From positions 163,902 to 227,901 of the forward strand of contig JBDRJV010000037.1 in the NCBI GenBank assembly GCA_043814605.1: DNA of 64,000 nt, in the 5' to 3' direction. A program made the translations under genes and the position numbers. Origin of the DNA: Candidatus Omnitrophota bacterium (lineage in GTDB: Bacteria > Omnitrophota > Gorgyraeia > B26-G9). Positions 18,555-28,078 of the stretch are shown here, piece after piece. Numbering within the stretch: position 1 is the stretch's first letter; each line of letters starts with the position of its first letter. Under the pieces are notes generated by a model. It was not told the DNA's origin, searched no databases, and worked only from the letters and a program-made list of their open reading frames with translations.

Positions 18555-20390
18555 ATGAGCGGAATTATCGGATATGCAGGGAAAAGAAATATCAGTCAGG
18601 TTTTATTAGATAGTCTGGAACGCTTGGAATACCGGGGTTATGATTCTGCGGGGATTGCAACTTTAAACGGAAAAGATTTATACCTTTGCCGGGAAACAGG
18701 GGATTTAAATAACCTAGTCAATACTATTGCTAATTACCCAGTTAAGGGAAAAATCGGGATTGGGCATACGCGTTGGGCAACTCACGGGGAACCGACAAAA
18801 TCTAATGCCCATCCACACACAGATTGTGAAGATAACATAATTGTAGTACATAACGGCATTATTGATAATTATTTATATTTAAAGAAAAAATTAGAAAAAA
18901 ATAAACATAAATTCAAATCAGAAACTGATTCTGAAATTATTGCGCATTTAATAGAAGATTATTTAAAACAAGGAGCGGCTAACCTGGAACAGGCTCTTAG
19001 CTGTACGCTGATGGACTTAAAAGGTTCTTATTCTATTGTGGCTATGTGTAAAAATGAACCGCGGAAATTGATTGCTGCACGCAACGGAAGCCCTTTAATG
19101 CTGGGAATCGGAGATAAAGAAAATTTTATTACTTCAGATGTTCCGGCAATTATCCCGTATACGCATAAGATTATTTTTTTAGAAGATTATCAAATGGCAG
19201 TTGTGGAAGATGAAAATTTTTACATTAAAAATCTCAACGGGGATATCCTGGATTACAATATTTCGAATTTAAATTGGGATGTAAACGCTGCACAAAAAAA
19301 TGGTTATGCGCATTTCATGTTAAAAGAAATTCATGAGCAGCCGATGATGGTGAAAAAAATACTCAGTGAAAAAATCGATTTTAAAAACCTGGATCTTAAG
19401 ATTGAAGAATTATCTAAAATAAAAAAACAAATTTCAAAAGTACATCAAATAATCATTCAAGCTTGCGGCAGCTCGTATCACGCGGGAATGGTGGGAGAAA
19501 AAATAATCGAATATTTTACAAATGTTCATACGGATGTGGAAATATCCAGCGAATTTAGATACAAACATTTTATTGCTGAACCGGGAAGTTTAATTATTTC
19601 CATTACTCAGTCAGGAGAAACTGCCGATACATTAATCGCTTTAAAAAAAGCCAGGCAAAGGGGATTGAATACTTTTTCTCTGTGTAATGTTGTTGGTTCA
19701 AGCATTGCGCGGGAATCAGATGCTGTATTTTGCATTCATGCCGGCCCGGAAGTGGGGGTTGCTTCAACTAAGGCTTATACAGCACAGCTTTTCAGTTTGT
19801 ATCTGATAAGTATATTTTTGGGTGTTTTAAAAAAAATAATTAAAAAAAATTTGAAGAATAATTTAATTAAAGAATTAACTCTTATTCCATCTTTTATGCA
19901 TAAAGTATTAGAGGAAGAAGAGAAAATTAAAGATTGTGCTAAAAAATATTATAACTTTAATAATTTCTTTTTTCTCGGGCGGGGGATTAATTATCCTAGT
20001 GCGCAAGAAGGGGCTTTAAAATTAAAAGAGATTGCCTACATTCATGCTTCTGCCTACGCAGCCGGAGAAATGAAGCACGGGCCGATTGCTTTAGTCGATC
20101 AGGATTTAGTTTGTGTTTGTATTGCTCCCCAAAGCATGACTTATGACAAAATGCTGGCAAATATCCAGGAAATAAAAGCCAGACGCGGAAAAGTTATTGC
20201 TATTGCTACAGCGGGAGATAAACAGATAAGCAAATATGTTGATGATGTGATTTATATCCCGGAGGTTCAGGAAATTTTTTCTCCTTTACTGGTGGCTTTG
20301 CCTTTACAATTACTGGCTTATTATATTGCTTTACACCGCGGCTGCAGTGTGGATAAGCCGAAGAATTTGGCGAAAAGTGTAACTGTTTGA
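18555..20390 (+). CDS. glmS: glutamine-fructose-6-phosphate transaminase homologue (catalytic Cys1 replaced by Ser)
   Basis: LEYRGYDSAG, GHTRWATHG, HNGII, QSGETADT, EGALKLKE, KHGP, NLAKSVTV; starts MSGII. Confidence 0.9.
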   Translation: MSGIIGYAGKRNISQVLLDSLERLEYRGYDSAGIATLNGKDLYLCRETGDLNNLVNTIANYPVKGKIGIGHTRWATHGEPTKSNAHPHTDCEDNIIVVHNGIIDNYLYLKKKLEKNKHKFKSETDSEIIAHLIEDYLKQGAANLEQALSCTLMDLKGSYSIVAMCKNEPRKLIAARNGSPLMLGIGDKENFITSDVPAIIPYTHKIIFLEDYQMAVVEDENFYIKNLNGDILDYNISNLNWDVNAAQKNGYAHFMLKEIHEQPMMVKKILSEKIDFKNLDLKIEELSKIKKQISKVHQIIIQACGSSYHAGMVGEKIIEYFTNVHTDVEISSEFRYKHFIAEPGSLIISITQSGETADTLIALKKARQRGLNTFSLCNVVGSSIARESDAVFCIHAGPEVGVASTKAYTAQLFSLYLISIFLGVLKKIIKKNLKNNLIKELTLIPSFMHKVLEEEEKIKDCAKKYYNFNNFFFLGRGINYPSAQEGALKLKEIAYIHASAYAAGEMKHGPIALVDQDLVCVCIAPQSMTYDKMLANIQEIKARRGKVIAIATAGDKQISKYVDDVIYIPEVQEIFSPLLVALPLQLLAYYIALHRGCSVDKPKNLAKSVTV

Positions 20391-20396
20391 TAAAAC

Positions 20397-20578
20397 AGTT
20401 ATAAGTTACGAGTGATGAGTTATAAGTGATCAGTTATGAATTACAAGGTACAAGTGATAAATGAAAAACGGAAAAGCAGATAGAAATTGAGAAACGATGG
20501 ACGATCGCCCGCCAGAAAGCGGCGAGGCTAGGACGAAGGACGAATGACGAGTGACAAGTGATGAGTGACGAGTGATAA
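20397..20578 (+). repeat. heptamer arrays, left arm of four-helix cassette 2
   Basis: About nine GTTATAA/GTTACGA/GTGATGA units at 20397-20460; GGACGAA/TGACGAG units at 20531-20578. Confidence 0.85.
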
Positions 20579-21105
20579 AAAAACTAAAACTAATTAACAA
20601 TATAAAACAAGAAATTAAAAATATTAAAATTCAATTATTAGGGGCAAATTTAAGGTGAATGTTAAAATCAGTAGTGATAATAATATTGTTGATAGAAGTT
20701 ATAAATTTGCTTTAGAAATTATAAAATTAGTTAATTTTTTACCAAAAAGTACTAGTGGAACTGTAATTGGTAATCAGATAATTAAATCAGGGACATCCAT
20801 AGGCGCTAATGTGGAAGAAGCACAAGGAGCTGCGAGTAAAAAAGATTTTGCTAATAAAATGGCAATATCTAAAAAAGAAGCTAGAGAAACAAGGTATTGG
20901 CTCAGATTAATAAAGGATTCAGGGATATTAAAGGTTGCGCAGGTAAAAAGCTTACTTGATGAATGTAATTCAATCATTAATATTTTAACTGCTATTATTA
21001 AAACATCAAAAGCTAACTTAAAATGTTGATTCTATTTGTTGTTTTTTGCTTTTTGGTGTTTAACTTATAATTTGTAACTCGTAATTTGTAACTATTAAGG
21101 TAACT
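20433..21105 (+). repeat. near-identical direct repeat of about 17800-18430 (whole four-helix cassette), bracketing glmS
   Basis: Leader, CDS and trailer match base for base over long stretches, apart from one small insert and a divergent segment near the CDS 3' end. Confidence 0.9.
20655..21029 (+). CDS. four-helix-bundle protein, copy 2
   Basis: Same motifs as copy 1; nearly identical except residues ~94-110. Confidence 0.9.
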   Translation: MNVKISSDNNIVDRSYKFALEIIKLVNFLPKSTSGTVIGNQIIKSGTSIGANVEEAQGAASKKDFANKMAISKKEARETRYWLRLIKDSGILKVAQVKSLLDECNSIINILTAIIKTSKANLKC

Positions 21106-21134
21106 TATAATTTATAACTTGTAATTTTTAATTA
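21059..21134 (+). repeat. reverse-complement heptamer array, right arm of cassette 2
   Basis: ttataat ttgtaac tcgtaat ttgtaac ... ttataat ttataac ttgtaat. Confidence 0.85.
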
Positions 21135-21159
21135 GTCTAAAAAATAGGAGCTAAAACAA

Positions 21160-22482
21160 ATGAGTTTGTACAAAAAAATAAAAAGTGGTAAGGAGACAAT
21201 AGCCATAATTGGTCTCGGGTATGTAGGGTTTCCTTTAGCTGTAGAATTTGGCAAAATTATCAGAACTATCGGGTTTGATTTAAATAAAAAACGCGTAAAA
21301 ACCCTGCAGAACTTTCAGGATACTAATAATGAAACAACATCTGAGGAAATAAAATCGGCAAAGTTTCTGGAAGTAACTTCTGATGCGGAAAAAATAAAAG
21401 AAGCGAAATTCATAATCGTTGCCGTGCCGACACCGATCACAACAAATAATCAGCCGGATCTTTTTTGTCTAGAAAGTGCTTCGGAACTTGTGGGAAAAAA
21501 TCTGACTAAAGGCGCTATTGTCGTTTTTGAATCAACTGTATATCCCGGCGTAACTGAGGATGAGTGTGTGCCGATTTTAGAAAAATTTTCCGGACTTAAA
21601 TTTGGCACTGATTTTAAAGTGGGGTATTCTCCTGAGCGGATTAATCCCGGCGATAAGGAGCACAATATCACCAGTATCATAAAAGTAGTTTCCGGTTGTG
21701 ATCAGGAAACTTTAGAGACGGTTGCGGGTGTATACTCTTTAATTGTAAAAGCCGGTGTTTTTAAAGCAGAATCAATTAAAGTTGCTGAGGCGGCTAAAGT
21801 TATCGAGAATACACAGCGGGACTTAAACATTGCGTTAATGAATGAGCTGGCAATTATTTTCCATAAGATGAATATTGATACCCTAGCAGTTCTTAGGGCT
21901 GCGGCGACCAAGTGGAATTTTATTAATATGTATCCGGGTTTAGTTGGCGGGCATTGTATCGGCGTTGACCCATATTATTTAACATTTAAAGCTGAAGAAT
22001 TAGGTTATGACCCTCAGGTAATACTAGCCGGGCGCAGGATAAATGATAATATGGGCAAATATATTGCAGAACAGACAGTTAAGGCTCTGATAAAGGCTAA
22101 CAAAACTGTGAATGCAGCAAAAGTTTTAGTATTGGGAATTACATTTAAAGAAAATATATCAGACATCCGAAATTCCCGGGTTATTGATATCATAAATGAA
22201 TTAAAAGAGTATAATATCAAAATAAGCGTTTCTGATCCGTATGCTGATGTTCAGGCAGTAAGAAGAGAATACGGGATAGAATTAACCAAATATGCTGCAA
22301 AGATAAAAGCTGATGCGATGATTATTGCCGTTAATCATAATAAGTTTAAACAGGATTTAACCTTAACGGCACTTAAGAGACATCTGAGTGGTGAGGGCAC
22401 AAAAGGAGTATTAATTGATGTTAGGGGAATGTTTGATAAAAAAATATTTCAAGATTCTGATATTTTATACTGGAGGCTTTAA
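21160..22482 (+). CDS. UDP-N-acetylhexosamine 6-dehydrogenase (WbpO/TviB-like)
   Basis: [45 protein letters not shown]. Confidence 0.9.
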   Translation: MSLYKKIKSGKETIAIIGLGYVGFPLAVEFGKIIRTIGFDLNKKRVKTLQNFQDTNNETTSEEIKSAKFLEVTSDAEKIKEAKFIIVAVPTPITTNNQPDLFCLESASELVGKNLTKGAIVVFESTVYPGVTEDECVPILEKFSGLKFGTDFKVGYSPERINPGDKEHNITSIIKVVSGCDQETLETVAGVYSLIVKAGVFKAESIKVAEAAKVIENTQRDLNIALMNELAIIFHKMNIDTLAVLRAAATKWNFINMYPGLVGGHCIGVDPYYLTFKAEELGYDPQVILAGRRINDNMGKYIAEQTVKALIKANKTVNAAKVLVLGITFKENISDIRNSRVIDIINELKEYNIKISVSDPYADVQAVRREYGIELTKYAAKIKADAMIIAVNHNKFKQDLTLTALKRHLSGEGTKGVLIDVRGMFDKKIFQDSDILYWRL

Positions 22483-22484
22483 AA

Positions 22485-22790
22485 ACAGCGAATAGTGATT
22501 ATAGAATCGAAGGACGAGAGACGAAGGACGAGAGACGAGAAAACAGAAAATATATAAAGTTACAAATTACAAGTGACGAATTACGAATTAAAAGCGAATA
22601 GAAAAAACAAAAAAAAGAAAAAACTAAAAAGCAAATTAGAGAGATGAAAAAGTGGATAAATTTTGTAAAAAATAGTTTTTTAGCGAACGAAGAGAGAGTT
22701 CGTCCTTCGTCCTAAAGAGCGGAGCGAATGGTCGTCTTTCGGACCTCGGTCAGAACTGGTAACGGGTAAACAGGCGAACTAACTACAAGG
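22485..22790 (+). repeat. intergenic repeat cassette without ORF (heptamer left and right arms, plus octamer-like run)
   Basis: aaggacg agagacg x2 (22510-22537); gttacaa attacaa gtgacga attacga (22559-22586); ttcgtcc x2 (22699-22712); aactggtaacgggtaaacaggcgaact (22754-22780). Confidence 0.75.
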
Positions 22791-22802
22791 AGTAACAAAA
22801 TC

Positions 22803-23765
22803 ATGTCAAAATATTTAGTAACCGGTGGGGCGGGATTTATCGGCTCGCATATTGTGGAAGAATTATTGAAAAAAGGAGAATCAGTGGTTGTTTTAGATAA
22901 TTTCTCAAGCGGCAGAGAAGAAAATTTATCTTTTGTTTCTGACTATACGCTAGACGCTAACCGCTATACGCTAAATAGAGGTGATATTCGTGATTTAAAC
23001 ACCTGTAAGCAGGCTTGTCAGGGGATTGATTATGTATTACATCAGGCTGCTTTGCGCAGTGTGCCAAAATCCATGAAACACCCCTACGAGTATAACCAGG
23101 TAAATATTGACGGAACTTTGAATATGCTTAATGCCGCACGTGAATGCGGAGTAAAAAGATTTGTGTTAGCATCTTCCAGCTCTGTTTATGGAGATACGGA
23201 TAAATTTCCCCAGGATGAAGGAGCGTATCCATTATTAATTTCTCCCTATGCATTATCAAAACTTGCCGGAGAATTTTATTGCCGGATTTTTAGTGAAAAT
23301 TTTGGATTAGAAACCGTGGCTTTACGATATTTTAATGTTTTTGGACCGCGGCAGGCAGTTGATGATGAATATGCTGTAGTTATTCCGAAGTTTATTACCT
23401 GTATTTTAAATGATCAAAAACCGCCGATTTTTGGTAATGGTAAACAATCACGCGATTTTACATTTGTTAAGAATGTGGTTCAGGCAAATCTACTCGCAGC
23501 GATAACACCGGGCGTATCGGGTGAGGTTTTTAATGTGGCTTGTGGTAATGATACCACGATTTTGGAGCTGGTTGATAAGATCAATATTCTTGCGAGAAAA
23601 TCCATAGATCCGGAATTATTAGCGATTAGACAAGGAGATATTTTTAAAACCTTAGCTGATGTAACTAAAATTAATTCACGATTAAAATTTAATCCAGAAT
23701 TTGATTTTGACCAAGGATTAAAAATAACTTTTGATTGGTTTAAAACGCAATTACAAAAGAAATAA
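22803..23765 (+). CDS. NAD-dependent sugar epimerase (WbpP/TviC-like UDP-GlcNAc 4-epimerase)
   Basis: TGGAGFIGS, HQAALRSVPKS, ASSSSVYG, YALSK, RYFNVFGPRQ. Confidence 0.88.
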   Translation: MSKYLVTGGAGFIGSHIVEELLKKGESVVVLDNFSSGREENLSFVSDYTLDANRYTLNRGDIRDLNTCKQACQGIDYVLHQAALRSVPKSMKHPYEYNQVNIDGTLNMLNAARECGVKRFVLASSSSVYGDTDKFPQDEGAYPLLISPYALSKLAGEFYCRIFSENFGLETVALRYFNVFGPRQAVDDEYAVVIPKFITCILNDQKPPIFGNGKQSRDFTFVKNVVQANLLAAITPGVSGEVFNVACGNDTTILELVDKINILARKSIDPELLAIRQGDIFKTLADVTKINSRLKFNPEFDFDQGLKITFDWFKTQLQKK

Positions 23766-23801
23766 GCTAACATAATTATTGTAATCATTAAGGAACTTTT
23801 A

Positions 23802-24473
23802 ATGGATACTAAACTAAATAATAAAATTAAAGATCAACAAAAATTAATACAGATATTGATATACACAACTATTGTAATTGTAATTTTAAATATTATTAAT
23901 GTATTAATGGGAGAACCATTTTGGCAAATTACTAGATTAATTAATGTAGATACAGAAGGAAATTTCCCAACCTGGTTTTCCAGTATGATGCTGGCAATTG
24001 CGGCTTTTTATGCTTATAATTGTTTTCGCGCATCAAAAAATAATGATGGTAAAATATGGAAACTCTTGTCAATTAGTTTAGTGACGATGTCTTGTGATGA
24101 AGTTGCGCAAATTCACGAGCATTTAGGTAATACAATCAATAAATATTTAATTGGTTTAAAAAATTTAAATGCTGCATGGCTAGTTATTTTTGGCCCCTTT
24201 ATTTTAGGGATAATTTTTATATTTGTTTTAAAAATTAAAAATCAATTAGTTGAGTCTTTTCAGGCAATTAAATTTTTAAGAATTGGACTGTTTGTGTATC
24301 TAGGGGGAGCATTTTTACTTGAATCAACAGTAGTATTTTTAACTCAGGGAGAAGCGCAGTGGCTATGGAATATTGAATATATAGCTGAAGAAACCCTGGA
24401 AATGTTTGGTATAATTTTTATTATTAAAGGGTTAATAGAGCATCATCGGTTTTTATTGCAAAAGAATAGTTAA
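23802..24473 (+). CDS. multi-pass membrane protein of unknown function
   Basis: About six TMs; EGNFPTWFSS, SCDEVAQIHE and EETLEMFG conserved-looking polar motifs. Confidence 0.7.
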   Translation: MDTKLNNKIKDQQKLIQILIYTTIVIVILNIINVLMGEPFWQITRLINVDTEGNFPTWFSSMMLAIAAFYAYNCFRASKNNDGKIWKLLSISLVTMSCDEVAQIHEHLGNTINKYLIGLKNLNAAWLVIFGPFILGIIFIFVLKIKNQLVESFQAIKFLRIGLFVYLGGAFLLESTVVFLTQGEAQWLWNIEYIAEETLEMFGIIFIIKGLIEHHRFLLQKNS

Positions 24474-24511
24474 TATAAATTTTTTATTAATTATAATTAA
24501 AAAGGTAAAAC

Positions 24512-25555
24512 ATGAAAAATATATTAGTTACAGGCGGCTGCGGATTTATCGGATCTAACTTTATCCGGGTTGCGATTAATAATGGTTATAAAATTATTAA
24601 TTTAGATGTGCTGACCTATGCCGGGAATCTGGAAAATTTGGCAGATATTGAAAATGATCCGAATTATAAATTTATTAAAGGGGATATCGCGGATAGGATT
24701 TTATTAGAAAAAATTATTTTAAACAATAAAATTGATTGTATTATTAATTTTGCCGCAGAATCACATGTGGACCGCTCGATTTTAAATGCTACGCCTTTTA
24801 TACGAACAAATATTATGGGCACACAAGCGCTTTTAGATACAGCTTGTAAACATAATATTGAGCGGTTTATTCAGATATCCACAGATGAGGTTTATGGGTC
24901 TTTAGGGAAGACAGGGTTTTTTACGGAAGAAACCCCGTTAGCCCCCAACAGCCCGTATTCTGCGTCTAAAGCCGGCGCAGATTTACTGGTTAGGGCATAT
25001 GTTAAAACATTTGAGCTGCCGGCAGTGATTATCCGCTGTTCAAATAATTACGGTCCTTTTCAATTTCCGGAAAAATTCATTCCTTTAATTATTACGAATG
25101 CTTTAAATGATCAGCTAATTCCTTTGTACGGAGACGGATTAAACATCAGAGATTGGATATTTGTCAAAGATTTTTGCCAAGCTATTTGTTTAGTTATGGA
25201 AAAAGGCAGGGTGGGGGAGATTTATAATGTGGGCGGAAATTCAGAAAAAACTAATATTGACCTTTTAGCATTGATTTTGGATCAATTAAAAAAACCAAAA
25301 ACTTTAATCAAAAAAGTAAAAGACAGATTAGGCCATGACAGAAGATATGCAATTGATTTCTCGAAAATTAAAAATGAATTAGGTTGGGAGCCGGAATATA
25401 AATTTAAAAAGGGAATAACTGAAACAATCCAATGGTATTTAGATCATAGAGAATGGGTGCAGAGAGTACGTTCGCATCAGTATCAACAATATTATGACCA
25501 AAACTATAAGAAACGTTTAAATGAGCCTGATAATGAAGACAACAAAAAAGCTTAA
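24512..25555 (+). CDS. rfbB: dTDP-glucose 4,6-dehydratase
   Basis: TGGCGFIGSN, LTYAGN, AAESHVDRS, STDEVYG, YSASK, SNNYGP, GHDRRY. Confidence 0.95.
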   Translation: MKNILVTGGCGFIGSNFIRVAINNGYKIINLDVLTYAGNLENLADIENDPNYKFIKGDIADRILLEKIILNNKIDCIINFAAESHVDRSILNATPFIRTNIMGTQALLDTACKHNIERFIQISTDEVYGSLGKTGFFTEETPLAPNSPYSASKAGADLLVRAYVKTFELPAVIIRCSNNYGPFQFPEKFIPLIITNALNDQLIPLYGDGLNIRDWIFVKDFCQAICLVMEKGRVGEIYNVGGNSEKTNIDLLALILDQLKKPKTLIKKVKDRLGHDRRYAIDFSKIKNELGWEPEYKFKKGITETIQWYLDHREWVQRVRSHQYQQYYDQNYKKRLNEPDNEDNKKA

Positions 25556-25940
25556 ATGGCTGGGGATTGTTTGCGGTTATATATTATTAATATTTATTTT
25601 GTCTTGGCGTAATCCGGGACTGGGTAAATATTCTTTTATTAAGGAAATTTTGAGTAATTTAGCGCATATTCCTTTATATGCAGGGTTAAGTTATTTTATC
25701 ATAATTTTTTTAAAGCACTTAAAAACAGGCAAATCAGCGTATGTTTATGCAGTAATTAGCGGGATGATTATTGCTGTTATTGATGAATTCTTACAATCCT
25801 TTGTACCGGCTAGAACAGTTTCCGGGATGGATTTATTACTTGATTTAACAGGTATTTGTTCAGGATTATTTATATTTATTATTTTGCGATTTTTAAAAAT
25901 AAAGAGAAAAATAAAGTCAAATAATAAAAATTTATACTAA
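25521..25940 (+). CDS. VanZ-family membrane protein
   Basis: AHIPLYAGL, DEFLQSFVPART...DLLLD; start uncertain. Confidence 0.8.
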   Translation: MSLIMKTTKKLKWLGIVCGYILLIFILSWRNPGLGKYSFIKEILSNLAHIPLYAGLSYFIIIFLKHLKTGKSAYVYAVISGMIIAVIDEFLQSFVPARTVSGMDLLLDLTGICSGLFIFIILRFLKIKRKIKSNNKNLY

Positions 25941-25958
25941 ATATTAGAGGAGTGAATT

Positions 25959-26210
25959 ATGGAAATTAAAACAAAGGTAAAAAATTTTATTGTTAGTAAT
26001 TTTTTAATGGGTGCTGACCCTGTAACTTTAAATGATTCTGATTCTTTTCTGGAGCAGAGTATTATTGATTCTACCGGTGTTTTAGAGCTTGTTGAATTTA
26101 TCCAAGACAGCTTTGGCATTAAGATTGAAGATGAAGAGTTGATGCCGGATAATCTGGATTCTTTGAACAGTATTGAAAAATTTATTAAATCTAAAATAGA
26201 GGATTCTTAA
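25959..26210 (+). CDS. acyl carrier protein
   Basis: Small acidic protein, IIDSTGVLELVEF phosphopantetheine site; GAGGAG RBS. Confidence 0.9.
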   Translation: MEIKTKVKNFIVSNFLMGADPVTLNDSDSFLEQSIIDSTGVLELVEFIQDSFGIKIEDEELMPDNLDSLNSIEKFIKSKIEDS

Positions 26211-26224
26211 ATCAGGAGGAGATA

Positions 26225-27571
26225 ATGAATATTTGTGTTGTCGGAGTAGGCTATGTGGGATTAGTTGTCGGTACATGTTTAGCGGATTTCGGGCATAAGG
26301 TTATCTGCGTAGATGCAAACCTGGAAAAAATAAATAATCTCAAAAAAGGCATTAGCCCGATTTATGAATTGGGGCTGGAAGAATTAATTCACCGTAATGT
26401 TAAAGAAAAAAGACTGACATTTACTACTGATCTTAAAGAAGGAGTAGAATCATCTCTGGCAATTTATATTGCGGTTGATACTCCGAATAAAGAAGATGGC
26501 TTTCCGAATCTCACTAATATTGATACTGTGGCTTTAGAAATTGCTAAATATATGGACGGGTATAAAGTGGTAATTTTAAAAAGTACTGTGCCGGTAGGAA
26601 CTTGTGCGCATGTTGAAAAAATTATTACTGAAAACCTTAAAGAAAGAGTTTCGGAAGAAAAGCTGGCTAAAAATCCTGATGCGGATGCCTATTTACCCAG
26701 CTTTAGTGTAGTTTCCAACCCTGAGTTTTTAAGAGAAGGTTCGGCAATCGAGGATTTTATGCGGCCAAATAGAGTTGTTATCGGAGCTGTAAGTGACCAG
26801 GCAATTGCAATCATGAAGGATATTTACCGGCCTTTATATTTACTGGAAACTCCGCTAGTGATTACTAATCTTGAATCGTCAGAATTAATCAAATATGCGG
26901 CGAATGCTTTTCTGGCAACTAAAATTTCTTTTATTAATGAAATGAGCTGTATTTGTGAAAAAGTCGGCGCGGATGTAAATATGATTGCTAAGGGAATCGG
27001 ATTAGATAAAAGAATTGGTTCTAAATTTTTACATGTCGGCCCGGGATACGGAGGGTCGTGTTTCCCCAAGGATACTTTGGCTTTGACCAATATTGCAAAA
27101 AATGCAGGTTATGACCTTAAAATTGTAAAGTCAGCAATAGAAGTTAATAAATTGCAAAAAGAAAGAATGATTACTTTAATAAAAAACCATGTGGAAAATA
27201 TTTCGCATAAAACAATCGGCATTTTAGGATTAGCTTTTAAGCCGAATACAGATGATATGCGTGAAGCCGCATCCATAACAATTATTCAGGGGTTGCAGAA
27301 AGAAGGCGTAAAAATAAAAGTTTTTGATCCTGTGGCCATGGAAGAAGCAAAAAAAGTTATTAAGAATGTTGAATATTGTGATGATGCTTACAGCGTGGCT
27401 ATAAATAGTGATGCCTTAGTTATTCTTACCGAATGGAATGAATTCAGGCAAATGGATTTGGCTAAAATCAAAGAACTTTTAAAATCACCGGTGGTGATTG
27501 ATACCCGAAATATATATCAACCGGAGAGGATGCAAAAATTAGGATTCAAATATATTAGTATCGGAAGATGA
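26225..27571 (+). CDS. ugd: UDP-glucose 6-dehydrogenase
   Basis: GVGYVG, KSTVPVGT, SNPEFLREG, KYAANAFLATKISF, GYGGSCFPKD. Confidence 0.93.
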   Translation: MNICVVGVGYVGLVVGTCLADFGHKVICVDANLEKINNLKKGISPIYELGLEELIHRNVKEKRLTFTTDLKEGVESSLAIYIAVDTPNKEDGFPNLTNIDTVALEIAKYMDGYKVVILKSTVPVGTCAHVEKIITENLKERVSEEKLAKNPDADAYLPSFSVVSNPEFLREGSAIEDFMRPNRVVIGAVSDQAIAIMKDIYRPLYLLETPLVITNLESSELIKYAANAFLATKISFINEMSCICEKVGADVNMIAKGIGLDKRIGSKFLHVGPGYGGSCFPKDTLALTNIAKNAGYDLKIVKSAIEVNKLQKERMITLIKNHVENISHKTIGILGLAFKPNTDDMREAASITIIQGLQKEGVKIKVFDPVAMEEAKKVIKNVEYCDDAYSVAINSDALVILTEWNEFRQMDLAKIKELLKSPVVIDTRNIYQPERMQKLGFKYISIGR

Positions 27572-27825
27572 ATAGCGGATGGCTCTTAGCTCATAGTATA
27601 AAGCATGGAACTGAGGGGCGAGTGACGAAAAAGCTTGAACATAAAGCAAAAAGAGATTAGTGTGGAGGATTTAGGATTTGGGAATTAGGATTTAGGATTT
27701 TGGAAAAGCAGATTTAGCTTGCAGCAATTGCAGCTTGAGGCATGTATCTTGCAGCCTGCAGTCTGAGGCTTGTGGCTTGTAGATTACGGCTTTTAACTAG
27801 TAACTTATAATTCATAACTAGCTTT
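27571..27825 (+). repeat. cluster of four different degenerate heptamer arrays
   Basis: aatagcg gatggct cttagct catag; ggattta ggatttg ggaatta ggattta; gcttgca/gcctgca/gcttgtg; cttttaa ctagtaa cttataa ttcataa. Confidence 0.8.
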
Positions 27826-27844
27826 AAATATTAATGTTAAGCGC

Positions 27845-27873
27845 TTGCATGAGCTGGAAATATATGGTATGCT
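27845..27873 (+). promoter_or_regulatory. candidate sigma70 promoter with no ORF directly downstream
   Basis: TTGCAT-17 nt-TATGCT with extended -10 TG. Confidence 0.45.
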
Positions 27874-28005
27874 TTACGACCTTTGAAACAAGGGGTTTGA
27901 GTTAAGGGGGATAATGGCTTAGCGATAAGGGAAGGGTTGGCGAGGAGCTAAAGAAACAAGGTTTTAGAGTAATAGTCGGCAGGAAAAGATATTTGGCGGT
28001 GGGCC

Positions 28006-28060
28006 TTGAAAAAAGACGCAAAATATGATATTATTTCTTTAGATTGATAAAAATATCAAT
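28006..28060 (+). promoter_or_regulatory. AbiE operon promoter and palindromic operator candidate
   Basis: TTGAAA-17 nt-TATTAT with extended TG; ATTGATA-AAAA-TATCAAT palindrome at 28043-28060. Confidence 0.65.
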
Positions 28061-28078
28061 ACAGAGAAATGAGGCGTT

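Noticed and set aside
17800-21134. CRISPR array interpretation of the repeats
   Set aside because: Units are 6-8 nt, tandem and degenerate, with no unique spacers and no cas genes
26640-26700. Extra segment in Ugd (RVSEEKLAKNPDADAYLP) as another repeat-derived insert
   Set aside because: No heptamer periodicity in the DNA; likely ordinary loop variation
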